A model generated the notes under the pieces. It was not told where the DNA came from. It did no database searches and saw only the letters and a list, made by a program, of their open reading frames with translations. Positions 40,857 to 50,281 of a DNA stretch of 64,000 bases are shown one piece after another (position 1 is the first letter of the stretch; every line of letters begins with the position of its first letter). The stretch covers positions 192,001 through 256,000 of the forward strand of contig CBDDBZ010000035.1 of the NCBI GenBank assembly GCA_965225945.1. The letters run 5' to 3'. Position numbers and translations under genes: made by a program. The stretch is from Alphaproteobacteria bacterium. GTDB taxonomy: Bacteria; Pseudomonadota; Alphaproteobacteria; GCA-2731375.

Positions 40857-41231
40857 TCACGCCTTGGCCTGTTCTCGGAGCACTTCGAGCGCTACATCGA
40901 TATCCCGAGAATTCTCGCTGATGAGCCACAGCAGCATCCGCGCGGCTCGGTCCGGCTTACGCGTACCCTGTTCCCAGTGCTGCACCGAACGGAGGGAAAA
41001 GCCGTATCGGTCGGCGAACTTGGCCTGCGAAAGACCGGTCTTTTGACGGGCGGCACGGGCGTCGACATCGGGCACGGGCGTCTTGACACGCCACGGCCCT
41101 TTGAGATCTTCCGCGAGGACCGCGTCCGGGTCCTCGGCAACAGCCTTGCGGATGTCGTCGTCGGTGAGGGCGGCGATCCGGTCCCAGTCGGTCGCGTCGT
41201 CAGGAGTCGGAGAAGTAGGTTTTCTGCTCAT
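40857..41231 (-). CDS. Putative antitoxin with C-terminal XRE HTH
   Basis: TDWDRIAALTDDDI..AVAEDPDA N-terminus; RQKTGLSQAKFA...SVQHWEQG.RKP HTH; overlaps toxin. Confidence 0.8.
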   Translation of the reverse strand: MSRKPTSPTPDDATDWDRIAALTDDDIRKAVAEDPDAVLAEDLKGPWRVKTPVPDVDARAARQKTGLSQAKFADRYGFSLRSVQHWEQGTRKPDRAARMLLWLISENSRDIDVALEVLREQAKA

Positions 41232-41463
41232 ACCCTGTTGCCCTTCTCAAGCTGATGATGCGACGAACATCGTCGCGGTCGGTGTAAACACAGACGAAGA
41301 CAAAACCACGGATCAGGCCAAGAGCGATAAATCGACCTTCGTCATTATCGTCGTCGGCCGTCTCGACCACGCGGCCGTTGAACAACAGCGGCGCCTCCTC
41401 GAACGACACACCGTGCTTGGCGATGTTGGCTCGGTTCTTCGCGTCATCCCATTCGTACTGCAT
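41200..41463 (-). CDS. BrnT family toxin
   Basis: YEWDDAKNRANIAKHGVSFEEA...E.RFIALG...RRIISLRRAT. Confidence 0.9.
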   Translation of the reverse strand: MQYEWDDAKNRANIAKHGVSFEEAPLLFNGRVVETADDDNDEGRFIALGLIRGFVFVCVYTDRDDVRRIISLRRATGYEQKTYFSDS

Positions 41464-41572
41464 AAGTAATATGCGTGCCCCATTGGCGTATAATCAAGGG
41501 GGCATGGCTGTAGTTTTGGCCGATTCCCACGGCTCGAGATCACGGGCGAGCTTTGTCGAAGCCATTGACCCC

Positions 41573-42439
41573 TCAGCCGAAAATCTCCTTGAACACCTCG
41601 ACGTTCTGGCGGAAACCCGCCTCGAAATCCCCGTCGCCTGGGTGGTAGACGCTTTCGAGGGAGATCGCGCCGTCGTAGCCGTCGGCCCGCATCGCCGCCG
41701 CCATCGGCCGGAATTGATCGGCCAGTTGGCCCTCGCCCATGCGCCGGACCTCGAGCGTCGCCTTGGGCGTGTCGACCTGGACGTCCTTGATGTGGACGTG
41801 GCCCAGATAGCCGCCGCGCATCACCTCGTAGCCGTCGGGCCAGGCGGTCTCGTGCGCCCAGCAGGCGTTGGCCGGATCCCAGAGGATCTTCAGCGTGCCC
41901 TTGGCGTCCAGGTCGTCGATCAGCTTGCGCCCGGTCCAGCAGGAATTCACCATGGTGCCGTTGCCGGTCTCGACCACCAGCGTGATGTCCTCGGCCTTGG
42001 CAACCGCGATCGCCGGCGCGGTCAGGGCGAGCTGCACGTCCCACGCCCCCTTGGCGACGTTCCACTGCTCGGCGCCGTGGTGGCCCCAGAGGATCGTCTC
42101 CTTCTTGCCGGTCAAGATTCTGACCGTGGCGCAGGAGAACTCGTGCGCCATCTCGATGCAGCGCTTCAAGGCGTCCATGTGCTTCACGTGTTGCGCGTCG
42201 CCCGGCTTGGCGGTTCCCATCTGGAGCCCCGCGAAGATGTGGCGCGAGATGCAGGAGACCGTCATGCCATGGCGCTGGACGCTTGCCAGCACCGCCCGGC
42301 GCTCGCCTGAGTCGAGATCGCCGACTTCCTTGTCGCCGATGAACTGCAACTCGGCCAGGTCCAGGCCGAATTCGCTCATGACCGCCAAGGCGTGGTCGAG
42401 GTCGCGGCTGATCCCGTCGGTGATGACACCCAATTTCAT
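41573..42439 (-). CDS. Sugar phosphate isomerase/epimerase (xylose isomerase-like TIM barrel)
   Basis: GVITDGIS, VVETG, WDPAN, HVHIKD, ISLE. Confidence 0.85.
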   Translation of the reverse strand: MKLGVITDGISRDLDHALAVMSEFGLDLAELQFIGDKEVGDLDSGERRAVLASVQRHGMTVSCISRHIFAGLQMGTAKPGDAQHVKHMDALKRCIEMAHEFSCATVRILTGKKETILWGHHGAEQWNVAKGAWDVQLALTAPAIAVAKAEDITLVVETGNGTMVNSCWTGRKLIDDLDAKGTLKILWDPANACWAHETAWPDGYEVMRGGYLGHVHIKDVQVDTPKATLEVRRMGEGQLADQFRPMAAAMRADGYDGAISLESVYHPGDGDFEAGFRQNVEVFKEIFG

Positions 42440-43350
42440 GCTGGCTTCTCTCCCCTATCGCGCCTGAGGCTGGCGCCCACGATATCTTCGACGACCCGGG
42501 TCACCGCCCAGTTGTCGCTGTCCGGATACTTGGTGATTCCCGCCTGGAAAAGCTGCATGGCGGTGGCTGCGGTAAATAGCGGCACGCCCATTTCGCGGGC
42601 CAGGTCGAGGGCGATCGTCAGGTCCTTGTGCATGGTGGCGATATGACTGCCCGTGCCCTCGAACTTTCCCTCGATGATGTTGCCGAGCGCGGTGTTGGCG
42701 ACCCTGCTGCCGGCGCCGGAGGACGAGAACACGTCGTAGAGCACTTGCGCCTCGACGCCGGCCTTGGCCGCCAGCACGGAGGCCTCGAAGGTGGCGGAGA
42801 AGATCGAGCCGATCAACGTCTGCAGGCAAGCCTTGACGGTCTGTCCCATGCCGGGCTCGGCGCCGACCCGGTGGATCGCGCCGCCCACGGCCTGCATCGC
42901 CGGGCGGCACTTCTCCAGTGCCGCATCGGTGCCCGCGGCCATCATCGTCAAGCTCCCGTCTTGCGCACCGGCGTAGCCGCCACTCACGGGCGAATCGACG
43001 ATATCGAGGCCGCTCGCGGCCAGATCCGCCGCGATGGCCCGCATCTCGGACGCGCGGATGGTCGCGGTCATCACGATCGTGCCCCCCGCCGCCATGGTCG
43101 AGACCAGGCCGGCGTCGAAGATCACGCCGCGGGCCTGATCGCCGTTCATCACCATGACGAAGACCACGTCGGAGGCGGCGCCGACCCCGGCCGCGGCGTT
43201 CGCCGGCTGCCCGCCCATCGCCTCGAAGGCGGCCATCCGTTCGGGCTTGAGATCATGGCCGGTCACCTGGAAGCCGGCGGCGAGAAGATTTTTCGCCAGG
43301 CCCGAGCCCATGTCGCCGAGCCCGACGACGCCCATTCGTTGTGCTTCCAC
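42436..43350 (-). CDS. NAD(P)-dependent beta-hydroxyacid dehydrogenase family protein
   Basis: VVGLGDMGSG, DSPVSGG, GMGQTVK, MHKDL. Confidence 0.88.
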   Translation of the reverse strand: MEAQRMGVVGLGDMGSGLAKNLLAAGFQVTGHDLKPERMAAFEAMGGQPANAAAGVGAASDVVFVMVMNGDQARGVIFDAGLVSTMAAGGTIVMTATIRASEMRAIAADLAASGLDIVDSPVSGGYAGAQDGSLTMMAAGTDAALEKCRPAMQAVGGAIHRVGAEPGMGQTVKACLQTLIGSIFSATFEASVLAAKAGVEAQVLYDVFSSSGAGSRVANTALGNIIEGKFEGTGSHIATMHKDLTIALDLAREMGVPLFTAATAMQLFQAGITKYPDSDNWAVTRVVEDIVGASLRRDRGEKPA

Positions 43351-43516
43351 TCAACGCTCCCTTCTGGTGCCGGGCGAATGGTATATTCAGACCGCCCCGC
43401 AGGGCGGCCTGATCGCTCCGGAGCTTCCTTGCCACCAACGAGCCGATTGCGCAACTCCAAGGTGGCGAATTCGTTCGGCGGCGGCTTGGAGCAATATCCG
43501 ACCGGAGGGAAACGGC

Positions 43517-44305
43517 ATGCCTGACGACACCCGAGACCTCGTCGCCTGGTTGGACCAGGCACAGAGCGGCCCGGCGCCGATGCCGGAAATCCTGGAGGCG
43601 CATCCCGAGTTGACGGCGCGCGAGGCCTACGCGCTGCAACTGGCGGTGATGGACGCGCGGGTCGGCTGCGGCGACCGGATCGTCGGCTATAAGGCCGCGC
43701 TCACCAGCTTGGCGATGCAGGAGGAGACGGGTATCCACGAACCGATGCTGGGGACGCTGTTGGCCAGCCGCGTCTTTCCCGAGAACGAAGCGGTCTCGCA
43801 TTCCGCCCGGGGCTTCATGCGCCCGTCGCTGGAGCCGGAGATCGCGGTGCTGCTGAAGGATCGGCTGGAGGGGCCGGGGATCGGCGCGCTCGACGCGCTT
43901 CGGGCCGTCGCCGGCTATCTGCCGGCGGTGGAGATCGGCGATTATCGGCTGGCCTCGGGCGTCGGCTCGCTGCAGTGCGCGGTCGCCTGCAACACCTTCA
44001 ACGGCGGCATCGTCGTCGGCGCGCGGCTCACCCGCCCGGAGGGCATCGACCTCCGCGTCGAGGGCATGTCGCTGCGGCTGAACGACGAGCCGGTGGCCTC
44101 CGCGACCGGGGTCGAGGTGCTGGGCGATCCGTTGAATTCCCTCGCCTTCATGGCCAACAAGCTCGCGGAGTTCGGCCGTGCCTTGGAGCCCGGCATGCTG
44201 CTGATGACCGGCTCCCTCACCGCCTCGATCCCGCTTGCGCCGGGCGATAGGGTCGACGTCGCCTTCACGCGATTGGGATCGCTCACGCTTCGGCTGGTCG
44301 CGTAG
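43517..44305 (+). CDS. 2-keto-4-pentenoate hydratase / FAA hydrolase family protein
   Basis: GGAGG RBS; GYKAALTS, EPEIA, AVEIGD, LGDPLNSL, MTGSL. Confidence 0.85.
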   Translation: MPDDTRDLVAWLDQAQSGPAPMPEILEAHPELTAREAYALQLAVMDARVGCGDRIVGYKAALTSLAMQEETGIHEPMLGTLLASRVFPENEAVSHSARGFMRPSLEPEIAVLLKDRLEGPGIGALDALRAVAGYLPAVEIGDYRLASGVGSLQCAVACNTFNGGIVVGARLTRPEGIDLRVEGMSLRLNDEPVASATGVEVLGDPLNSLAFMANKLAEFGRALEPGMLLMTGSLTASIPLAPGDRVDVAFTRLGSLTLRLVA

Positions 44306-44363
44306 TGCGTCGGACGATCGAATAGAAACGCGTCCGCCTCCAGATAAGGGGTTGCCCGTTCAC

Positions 44364-44628
44364 TAGAGCACTTTCCGATCAGGTTGAATCGTTTGATGGG
44401 CCAAATCGGCCCCTGGGGCAGCCGCGCCGCGCCGCGCGATGTGGTTCATCGGGCAAGCGGCCGGGCGCACCCCAGGGGCCGAGTTGGCCCACCGACGGCC
44501 GGGTTCTTTCGCGCCGTGGCGGCGTTCCGCTCGCTCACCGATACCCCGCATCGCCGTCGCGAGCGGAACGCCGCCACGACCCAAAATCATCCCGGTCAAA
44601 CGTTTCAACCTGGTTGGAAAGTGCTCTA
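44364..44628. mobile_element. 265-bp MITE with ~33-bp TIRs and terminal TA
   Basis: TAGAGCACTTTCCGATCAGGTTGAATCGTTTGA vs reverse complement TAGAGCACTTTCCAACCAGGTTGAAACGTTTGA; no ORF. Confidence 0.85.
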
Positions 44629-44640
44629 ATTCCCACAATT

Positions 44641-45455
44641 CAACATTCAAGACCTGACCACCGTCCCCGACCGCCTACTCCTCGCTCGGGCGGGAGCGGG
44701 AAGCCGAGGTTCTGGAGCTGTGCAGGTTTCTCGGATGCCTCGCGAGCCGTGGTGATGGGGCGCGGTGTTTGCCGGCGTCCGGAGAAGCGCCAAGGCACGA
44801 AATCGCGGGATGCAGTGCGTCGCTATGGGGATTTGAGCGCGACGGTGCTGGTGGTGTGGTTGTCTGGGCGGCCCACATATGGGGCGTGAGGCGCACTGAG
44901 AAGGTCGTCGAGCGCGGTGGAACGTTGGCAACGGGCGCGCGATCGGGTCCACGACGGCCGGTGATGCTGTCGTTTTCGGTGTCCCGGGCGAGCGAAGTCG
45001 ATCGCCGAGGCTCGGCGGAGATGGTCGCTGATGTTTTGGGCCGGTGTCGTCGCTGCGCGTGTCATGAGCTGTCGATGGCCTCCGGTGGGGGCCGGGCCTT
45101 TGGTTGACAGCCGGCTTCGAAGACCTCGACGACGATCATGGGACCGCCGCAACAGGGACAAGGTCGGGCGCCGTGGCGTTGTTCGTCTGGAGCATCGCAA
45201 GCCTCGCCCTCACCCTTGTTCGTGTCGGCAGCCGGCGGTGCGCCGAGCAGTTCACGGGCGCGCTTGATGTTGGCGGCGCGGTTGCCGTTGGCGAAGAGGC
45301 CCCCGGATCAAGTCCGGGGCAGGCTCCGTGGCGGATGCGGTGGAAGCCCTTGGGCAGCACATGCATGAGGAAGCGGCGAATGAACTCGGCCACGTCGAGG
45401 GTCATGGTTCCGTAGCTCTCTTGCCCGTTCCGGCGATAGTCCTTGCAGGTGAAGG
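44641..45455 (-). mobile_element. Remnant of IS91-family element (end region plus transposase C-terminus), cut by IS21; left boundary approximate
   Basis: Transposase C-terminus followed by non-coding tail ending near ATTCAAGACCTGACC. Confidence 0.6.
45062..45455 (-). pseudogene. IS91-family transposase C-terminal fragment, frameshifted by a micro-insertion
   Basis: TFTCKDYR...MTLDVAEFIRRFLMHVLPKGFHRIRH / GLFANGNRA...CPCCGGPM. Confidence 0.85.
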
Positions 45456-45658
45456 TGTCAATCGGCGTTGAACATTGACCCCCTATCGGCGTGCAATGTT
45501 GACCCCTTTGGGGATGCACGGCGGAGGTCGTACAGGTAGTCCATAGGAGGGGCCCGCGCGCGGGCCGACGCGCCCACCACGCGGCTGGCGGCGGACCGCG
45601 CGTGGGAGGTTCCTGTGGGCCCACCTGGGCGACCGGGCGGCAGGTGGATCGGTTGCCT

Positions 45659-46387
45659 TTAGGACCGATTCTTGAAGCGCCAGGAGTCGTTTCCGGTCTC
45701 GATGATCTCGCAGTGGTGCGTCAGACGATCGAGGAGCGCGGTGGTCATCTTGGCGTCGCCGAAGACGGACGGCCATTCGCCGAAGGTCAGGTTGGTGGTG
45801 ACGATGATCGAGGTGCGCTCGTAGAGCCGGCTGACGAGGTGGAACAGCAGCTGGCCTCCGGTTTGGGCGAAGGGCAGGTAGCCGAGCTCGTCGAGGATGA
45901 CGAGGTCGCGCCGGGCCAGCTGATCGGCGAGCCGGCCCTGGCGGCCGGCGCGGGCTTCGGCCTCGAGCCGGTTGACCAGGTCGACGACGTTGAAGAAGCG
46001 GCCCCGGGCGCCATCGCGGATGCAGGCCCGCGCGATGGCGACGGCGAGATGGCTCTTGCCGGTGCCGGTGCCGCCGATCAGCACGGCGTTGCGCTGGTTG
46101 GCCAGGAAGCCGCCGACCGCCAACTCGCGGACCAGCGGCTCGTTGACCGGGGTGTCGGTGAAGTCGAAGTCGGCCAGCTCCTTGGCCAGCGGCAGCTTGG
46201 CGCCACTCATCTGGTACTTGATGGATCGCGCCTGCTTGTCGGCGATCTCGGCCTTCAACAGCTCGCCGATGATTCGCTGCATCGGATGCTGGCGCTTGAG
46301 GCCGTCGGCGAGCACCTCGTCGAACGCGTCGCGCATGCCGGCGAGCTTGAGTGCGGCCATCATCTCCAGGACCTCATGGCGCTCCAT
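45659..46387 (-). CDS. istB: IS21 helper ATPase IstB
   Basis: [31 protein letters not shown]. Confidence 0.95.
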   Translation of the reverse strand: MERHEVLEMMAALKLAGMRDAFDEVLADGLKRQHPMQRIIGELLKAEIADKQARSIKYQMSGAKLPLAKELADFDFTDTPVNEPLVRELAVGGFLANQRNAVLIGGTGTGKSHLAVAIARACIRDGARGRFFNVVDLVNRLEAEARAGRQGRLADQLARRDLVILDELGYLPFAQTGGQLLFHLVSRLYERTSIIVTTNLTFGEWPSVFGDAKMTTALLDRLTHHCEIIETGNDSWRFKNRS

Positions 46388-47885
46388 GGCCGACCCCCCT
46401 CAAGCGGTCGTAGCGGGTGCAATCGGCCACCGGCTCAAAGCGAAGACGCAGGTTCGCGGGCGTCGGGATCGGCGCCGTCTCGGACGGCTGGCGCCGACGA
46501 TTGAGGATGTTGAGCACGACGTCGGCGCTGCACACGCCGCCAGCGAGCGCCTCGGCACAGGCGGCCTCCACCGCCGCCAGCCCATCCGCCAGCACGGCGG
46601 TGAGGATCTCGACCATCTGCCTGTCGCCGTCGTCGTGGCCGGCGAGCCGGACGCGCACGCGACCCAGGGCGCCGGGCAGCGCCCAGTCCTTGAACGGCGC
46701 GCCGTTACGAAGCGCACCGGGCTTCCTCGCCAGCACGGGCACGTAGTGCCACGGGTCATAGACGGTCTGGTCGCGGCCGAAGCGCCGGGCATGCTCGGCG
46801 ACGATCTCGCCGTCCTGGCGGATGACGATGCGATCGGCGTAGGCATGGACCTCGACCGGACGGCCGACGGCGCGCGCCGCCACGCTGTACTTGTTGCTGT
46901 CGAAGCGCACCAGGCAGGTCTTCGACACCGACGCCGGGACCGCGTGGAAGCCGTCGAACGGCCCGCGATAGCCGACCAGGGACGGACGCTCGTCCTCGAA
47001 CACCTGCCAGACAGTCCTGTCCTTGAACACCGGGTGGGGATGACGCCGGGCGTAGGCGACGCACTGGTCCAAGAGCCAGGCGTTGAGCTCGTCGTAGGTC
47101 TTGAAGCGCAGCCGCGGGGTGAAGAACCGACCGCGGATGATCCCGACCTGGTTCTCGACCTGCCCCTTCTCCCATCCCGCTCCCGGCGTGCATGCTGTCG
47201 GTTCGACCAGGTAGTGGCCACACATCTGCACGAAGCGCCGGTTGAACGCGCGCTCCTTGCCGATGAGGACGGTCTGCACCGCCGTCTTCATGTTGTCGTA
47301 GATGCCTCGCCGGCAGGCACCCTGGAACAGCCGGAATGCCCGGTCGTGGGCGTCGAACACCATCTCCTGGCTCTCGCGCGGATAAGCGCGGACGAAGAAC
47401 ATTCGGCTGTGGCACAGCCGGACGTGCGCGACCTTGACCTTGGTCGTCACCCCCGCCAGCACCACGTACTCGTGGCTCCAGTCGAACTGATAGGCCTCGC
47501 CCGGCGAGAACACCAACGGCACATAGGTCTGCGCCGTCGATGCCGAACGGCGCCACCGCCACGCCTTGGCGTAGCGCCGCACCGCGTCGTAGCCGCCGCC
47601 ATAGCCCAGACCCTCGAGGGCTTCGGAGATCCGTAGCAGCGTCAGCCGCTCCCGCTTCGACTTGGTCTCGTTGGCCTCCAGCATCCGCTCCAGCTCGGCC
47701 GTCCACGGCCCCAGCTTCGGCATCGGCTGGACCCGCCGGTCGTAGGTGAACGCCGTCGCCTGCGAACAGATCACCTTGCGCACCGTGTTGCGCGAGACCT
47801 TCACGTCCCGCACGATCTCCTTGATCGGCTTCCCCTTGACGAAATACTCCCGCCGGATCCGCGCTATCGTCTCCACGACCAACAT
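46374..47885 (-). CDS. istA: IS21 transposase IstA
   Basis: N-terminal [26 protein letters not shown]. Confidence 0.95.
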   Translation of the reverse strand: MLVVETIARIRREYFVKGKPIKEIVRDVKVSRNTVRKVICSQATAFTYDRRVQPMPKLGPWTAELERMLEANETKSKRERLTLLRISEALEGLGYGGGYDAVRRYAKAWRWRRSASTAQTYVPLVFSPGEAYQFDWSHEYVVLAGVTTKVKVAHVRLCHSRMFFVRAYPRESQEMVFDAHDRAFRLFQGACRRGIYDNMKTAVQTVLIGKERAFNRRFVQMCGHYLVEPTACTPGAGWEKGQVENQVGIIRGRFFTPRLRFKTYDELNAWLLDQCVAYARRHPHPVFKDRTVWQVFEDERPSLVGYRGPFDGFHAVPASVSKTCLVRFDSNKYSVAARAVGRPVEVHAYADRIVIRQDGEIVAEHARRFGRDQTVYDPWHYVPVLARKPGALRNGAPFKDWALPGALGRVRVRLAGHDDGDRQMVEILTAVLADGLAAVEAACAEALAGGVCSADVVLNILNRRRQPSETAPIPTPANLRLRFEPVADCTRYDRLRGVGHGAP

Positions 47886-48186
47886 CCCCCACCACCTCGT
47901 CCGCCCAAAAACGAGGTGACTTGGACTAGCCAGGCTCAGGGGGTCAAATTTGGACGCCGATCACCCCTCAACAGGGGTCAACTTTGCACGCCGTTCCACA
48001 TCGGACCGCCGAGACCGCGCACGCCCCCATCGACCGCGCCCCGCTCCCGGGCGTGGTCGAGCGCGGCGCCGTAATTCCGGACAGCTGCCTATTTTCCCCG
48101 GCTACGCCGCTCCGTTTCCCGGAGCGATTTCATCGGGTCGGACCACGCGATAGACTACGGCGCGACGACGCGAGGGGAGGGGAGCC

Positions 48187-49155
48187 GTGGCGGACCAGTT
48201 CGATTACGTGATCGTCGGCGCCGGCTCGGCCGGGTGCATCCTGGCCAACCGGTTGAGCGCCGAGGGCCAACACAGCGTCTGTCTCCTGGAGGCCGGGCCG
48301 CCGGACTGGAATCCCTACATCCATATGCCGGCCGGTTTCATCAAGCTGCTGGACAACCCGAAGCTCAACTGGCTCTGCGAGGCCGAGCCCAGCCATTGGA
48401 CCGGCGGCCGCGTCATCGGCGTACCGCGCGGCAAGACCCTCGGCGGCTCCTCCTCGATCAACGGGCAGATCTATAACCGCGGCCAACGCTTGGACTTCGA
48501 CACCTGGTCCCAGCGCGGCAACAGGGGCTGGGGCTACGCCGACGTGCTGCCCTATTTCCGCCGCTGCGAGAAGCGGATCGGCGGCGAGGAAGATCAATTC
48601 CGGGGCCGCGAGGGCAATCTCACGGTCACCGACCTGAATTACAGCCATCCGCTCTGCGAGGCCTTCATCGAGGGCGCCCAAACGCTCGGCATTCCCCGCA
48701 ATCCCGACTACAACGGCGCCCGCCAGCTTGGCATCTCCTACGTCCAGCGCACGCACCAGGGACGCCGTCGGATGAGCTCGGCCCGCGCCTTTCTCGGACC
48801 CGCCAAATCACGCTCGAACCTGGTGGTCCACACCGGCGCGCACGCGACCCGCCTGCTGCTCGACGGCAAACGCGCCCTCGGCGTGGAATACGCCAAGGGC
48901 GGGCACGGCGGCGCGGCGCTCGAGGTCCGGGCGCGTCGCGAGGTGATCGTCAGCGGCGGGGCGATCAACTCGCCGCAGCTCCTGCAGCTCTCGGGCATCG
49001 GCCCGGCGGCGCTGCTCGGCTCGCTCGGCATCGAGGTGAAGCACGAACTGGCCGGCGTCGGCGAAAACCTGCGCGACCACTACGCGCCGCGCTTCTCCAT
49101 GCGGGAAAAGGGGTCATTGTACTTTATTCGCTGGAGCGGAATAAAAGCAGAATGA
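48187..49155 (+). pseudogene. GMC oxidoreductase (choline dehydrogenase-like), C-terminally truncated at ~49104
   Basis: IVGAGSAG, RGKTLGGSSSING, GAINSPQLLQLSGIG, GENLRDH, then abrupt AT-rich hairpin; the C-terminal catalytic portion is absent. Confidence 0.85.
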
Positions 49156-49164
49156 CCCCTTTTC
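49105..49164. repeat. 60-bp hairpin (REP-like) at the GMC truncation point
   Basis: GAAAAGGGGTCATT...AATGACCCCTTTTC perfect 14-bp arms plus inner TTTATTC/GAATAAA. Confidence 0.8.
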
Positions 49165-49272
49165 TCTTTTCTTGGCCATCCAGGAGTTGGGGTCCCAGGT
49201 CTCGAACGTCGAATCGCAGGTGCCGACCCGCTCGACCGCGTTCGGAGCCGATCCCATGATCCCGAATTTCGT

Positions 49273-50139
49273 CTACGCCGCGCGCAGCGCCTTCAGCTTG
49301 ACCAGCATGGAGAGCGTGCGCTCGAACCTGCGGTCGAGCGTGGCGTCATGGCGCTGCAGCCGTTCCAGCGCCGCCTCGTCGAGGGCGCTGGCGAAGAGGT
49401 GGTCGCGGATCAGATCCGCGTACACCAGCACGGCGCGGCGGGCGTCGAGCGCCGGCAGGAGCGTCTCGTGCAGCCACGCGAAGAGCGACGGCTCGGCCCC
49501 AGGGTCGCACGGGGTCTCCGCCGCCACCCGATACCAGGCCTCGCGCGAGGCCCGATCGAGACGCCGCTCGATGCCGCCCTCGGTGGCGCGGGCGCCCGCG
49601 GCGTAGCGCCCGGCCGCGCGCGCCGCCTCGAGCCGGGCGTCGAGCGCGGCCAGCGCGTCGCGCCGCCCCGCCTGGTCCAGGCGCAGGACGTCGCGCACGG
49701 CGTCGGGCGCGACGCGGGAGGTGTCCGAGACCAGGAGCAGCGGCGTCGCCAGCCAGGCCGACTCGCCGGAGCTGACGTGGGAGGCCCCGTCCGAAGTCAT
49801 CCGCCGCAGGCGGTCGTGGTGCGCCGCGTGCTCCGCGCGGCGCAGCCGGCGGCGGCGCCAGAGGATGTCCGCGAGCTCCTCGACCAGATGGCTTTCCGTC
49901 GGTCCGGCGGGGGCGTGCTCGCCGCGAAGCTGCTCCAGGAGCTCGGCGCGCTGCTCCGCGTTCTCCCAGGGCAGCACCGGCGCGGCGCCGGCGAGACCGT
50001 GGCGCGTCGCGTTCAGCCGCCGGGGCACGGGTGGGCTCGGGTCGCAGGGCAATGGCTCGGACAAGGGCTGGACTCGTCGATAAGAAATTTCGATCGCGGC
50101 AATAATCCCCCAGGTAGGAAATCTAGTGTCAAAATACAA
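49273..50139 (-). CDS. Hypothetical protein (NAxxHGL family); start uncertain, possibly TTG ~50063
   Basis: NATRHGL...P.GPTESHLVEELADILWRRRRLRRAE...LQRHDATLDRRFERTL. Confidence 0.6.
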   Translation of the reverse strand: MYFDTRFPTWGIIAAIEISYRRVQPLSEPLPCDPSPPVPRRLNATRHGLAGAAPVLPWENAEQRAELLEQLRGEHAPAGPTESHLVEELADILWRRRRLRRAEHAAHHDRLRRMTSDGASHVSSGESAWLATPLLLVSDTSRVAPDAVRDVLRLDQAGRRDALAALDARLEAARAAGRYAAGARATEGGIERRLDRASREAWYRVAAETPCDPGAEPSLFAWLHETLLPALDARRAVLVYADLIRDHLFASALDEAALERLQRHDATLDRRFERTLSMLVKLKALRAA

Positions 50140-50281
50140 CCGTAGCAGCGGAAAATACTTATTTCCATATATGCGGTATTAAGGTTTTTCAGGCCCGAGA
50201 GGCGTTTTTTGCAGAACGACATTCGGCCGGGCCGCGGCGAAGCGGGAACGGCGTTGAATTTCAATATCTTGATGGTATTTG

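Larger units (their letters stand above)
45456..48000 (-). mobile_element. IS21-family insertion sequence
   Basis: TG...CA ends with repeated TTGACCCC boxes at both ends; istA-istB; no TSD visible. Confidence 0.92.

Noticed and set aside
41573-44305. Specific sugar-acid pathway assignment (e.g. threonate or apionate) for the dehydrogenase-isomerase pair
   Set aside because: Family-level motifs only; no kinase, transporter or regulator nearby to fix a substrate
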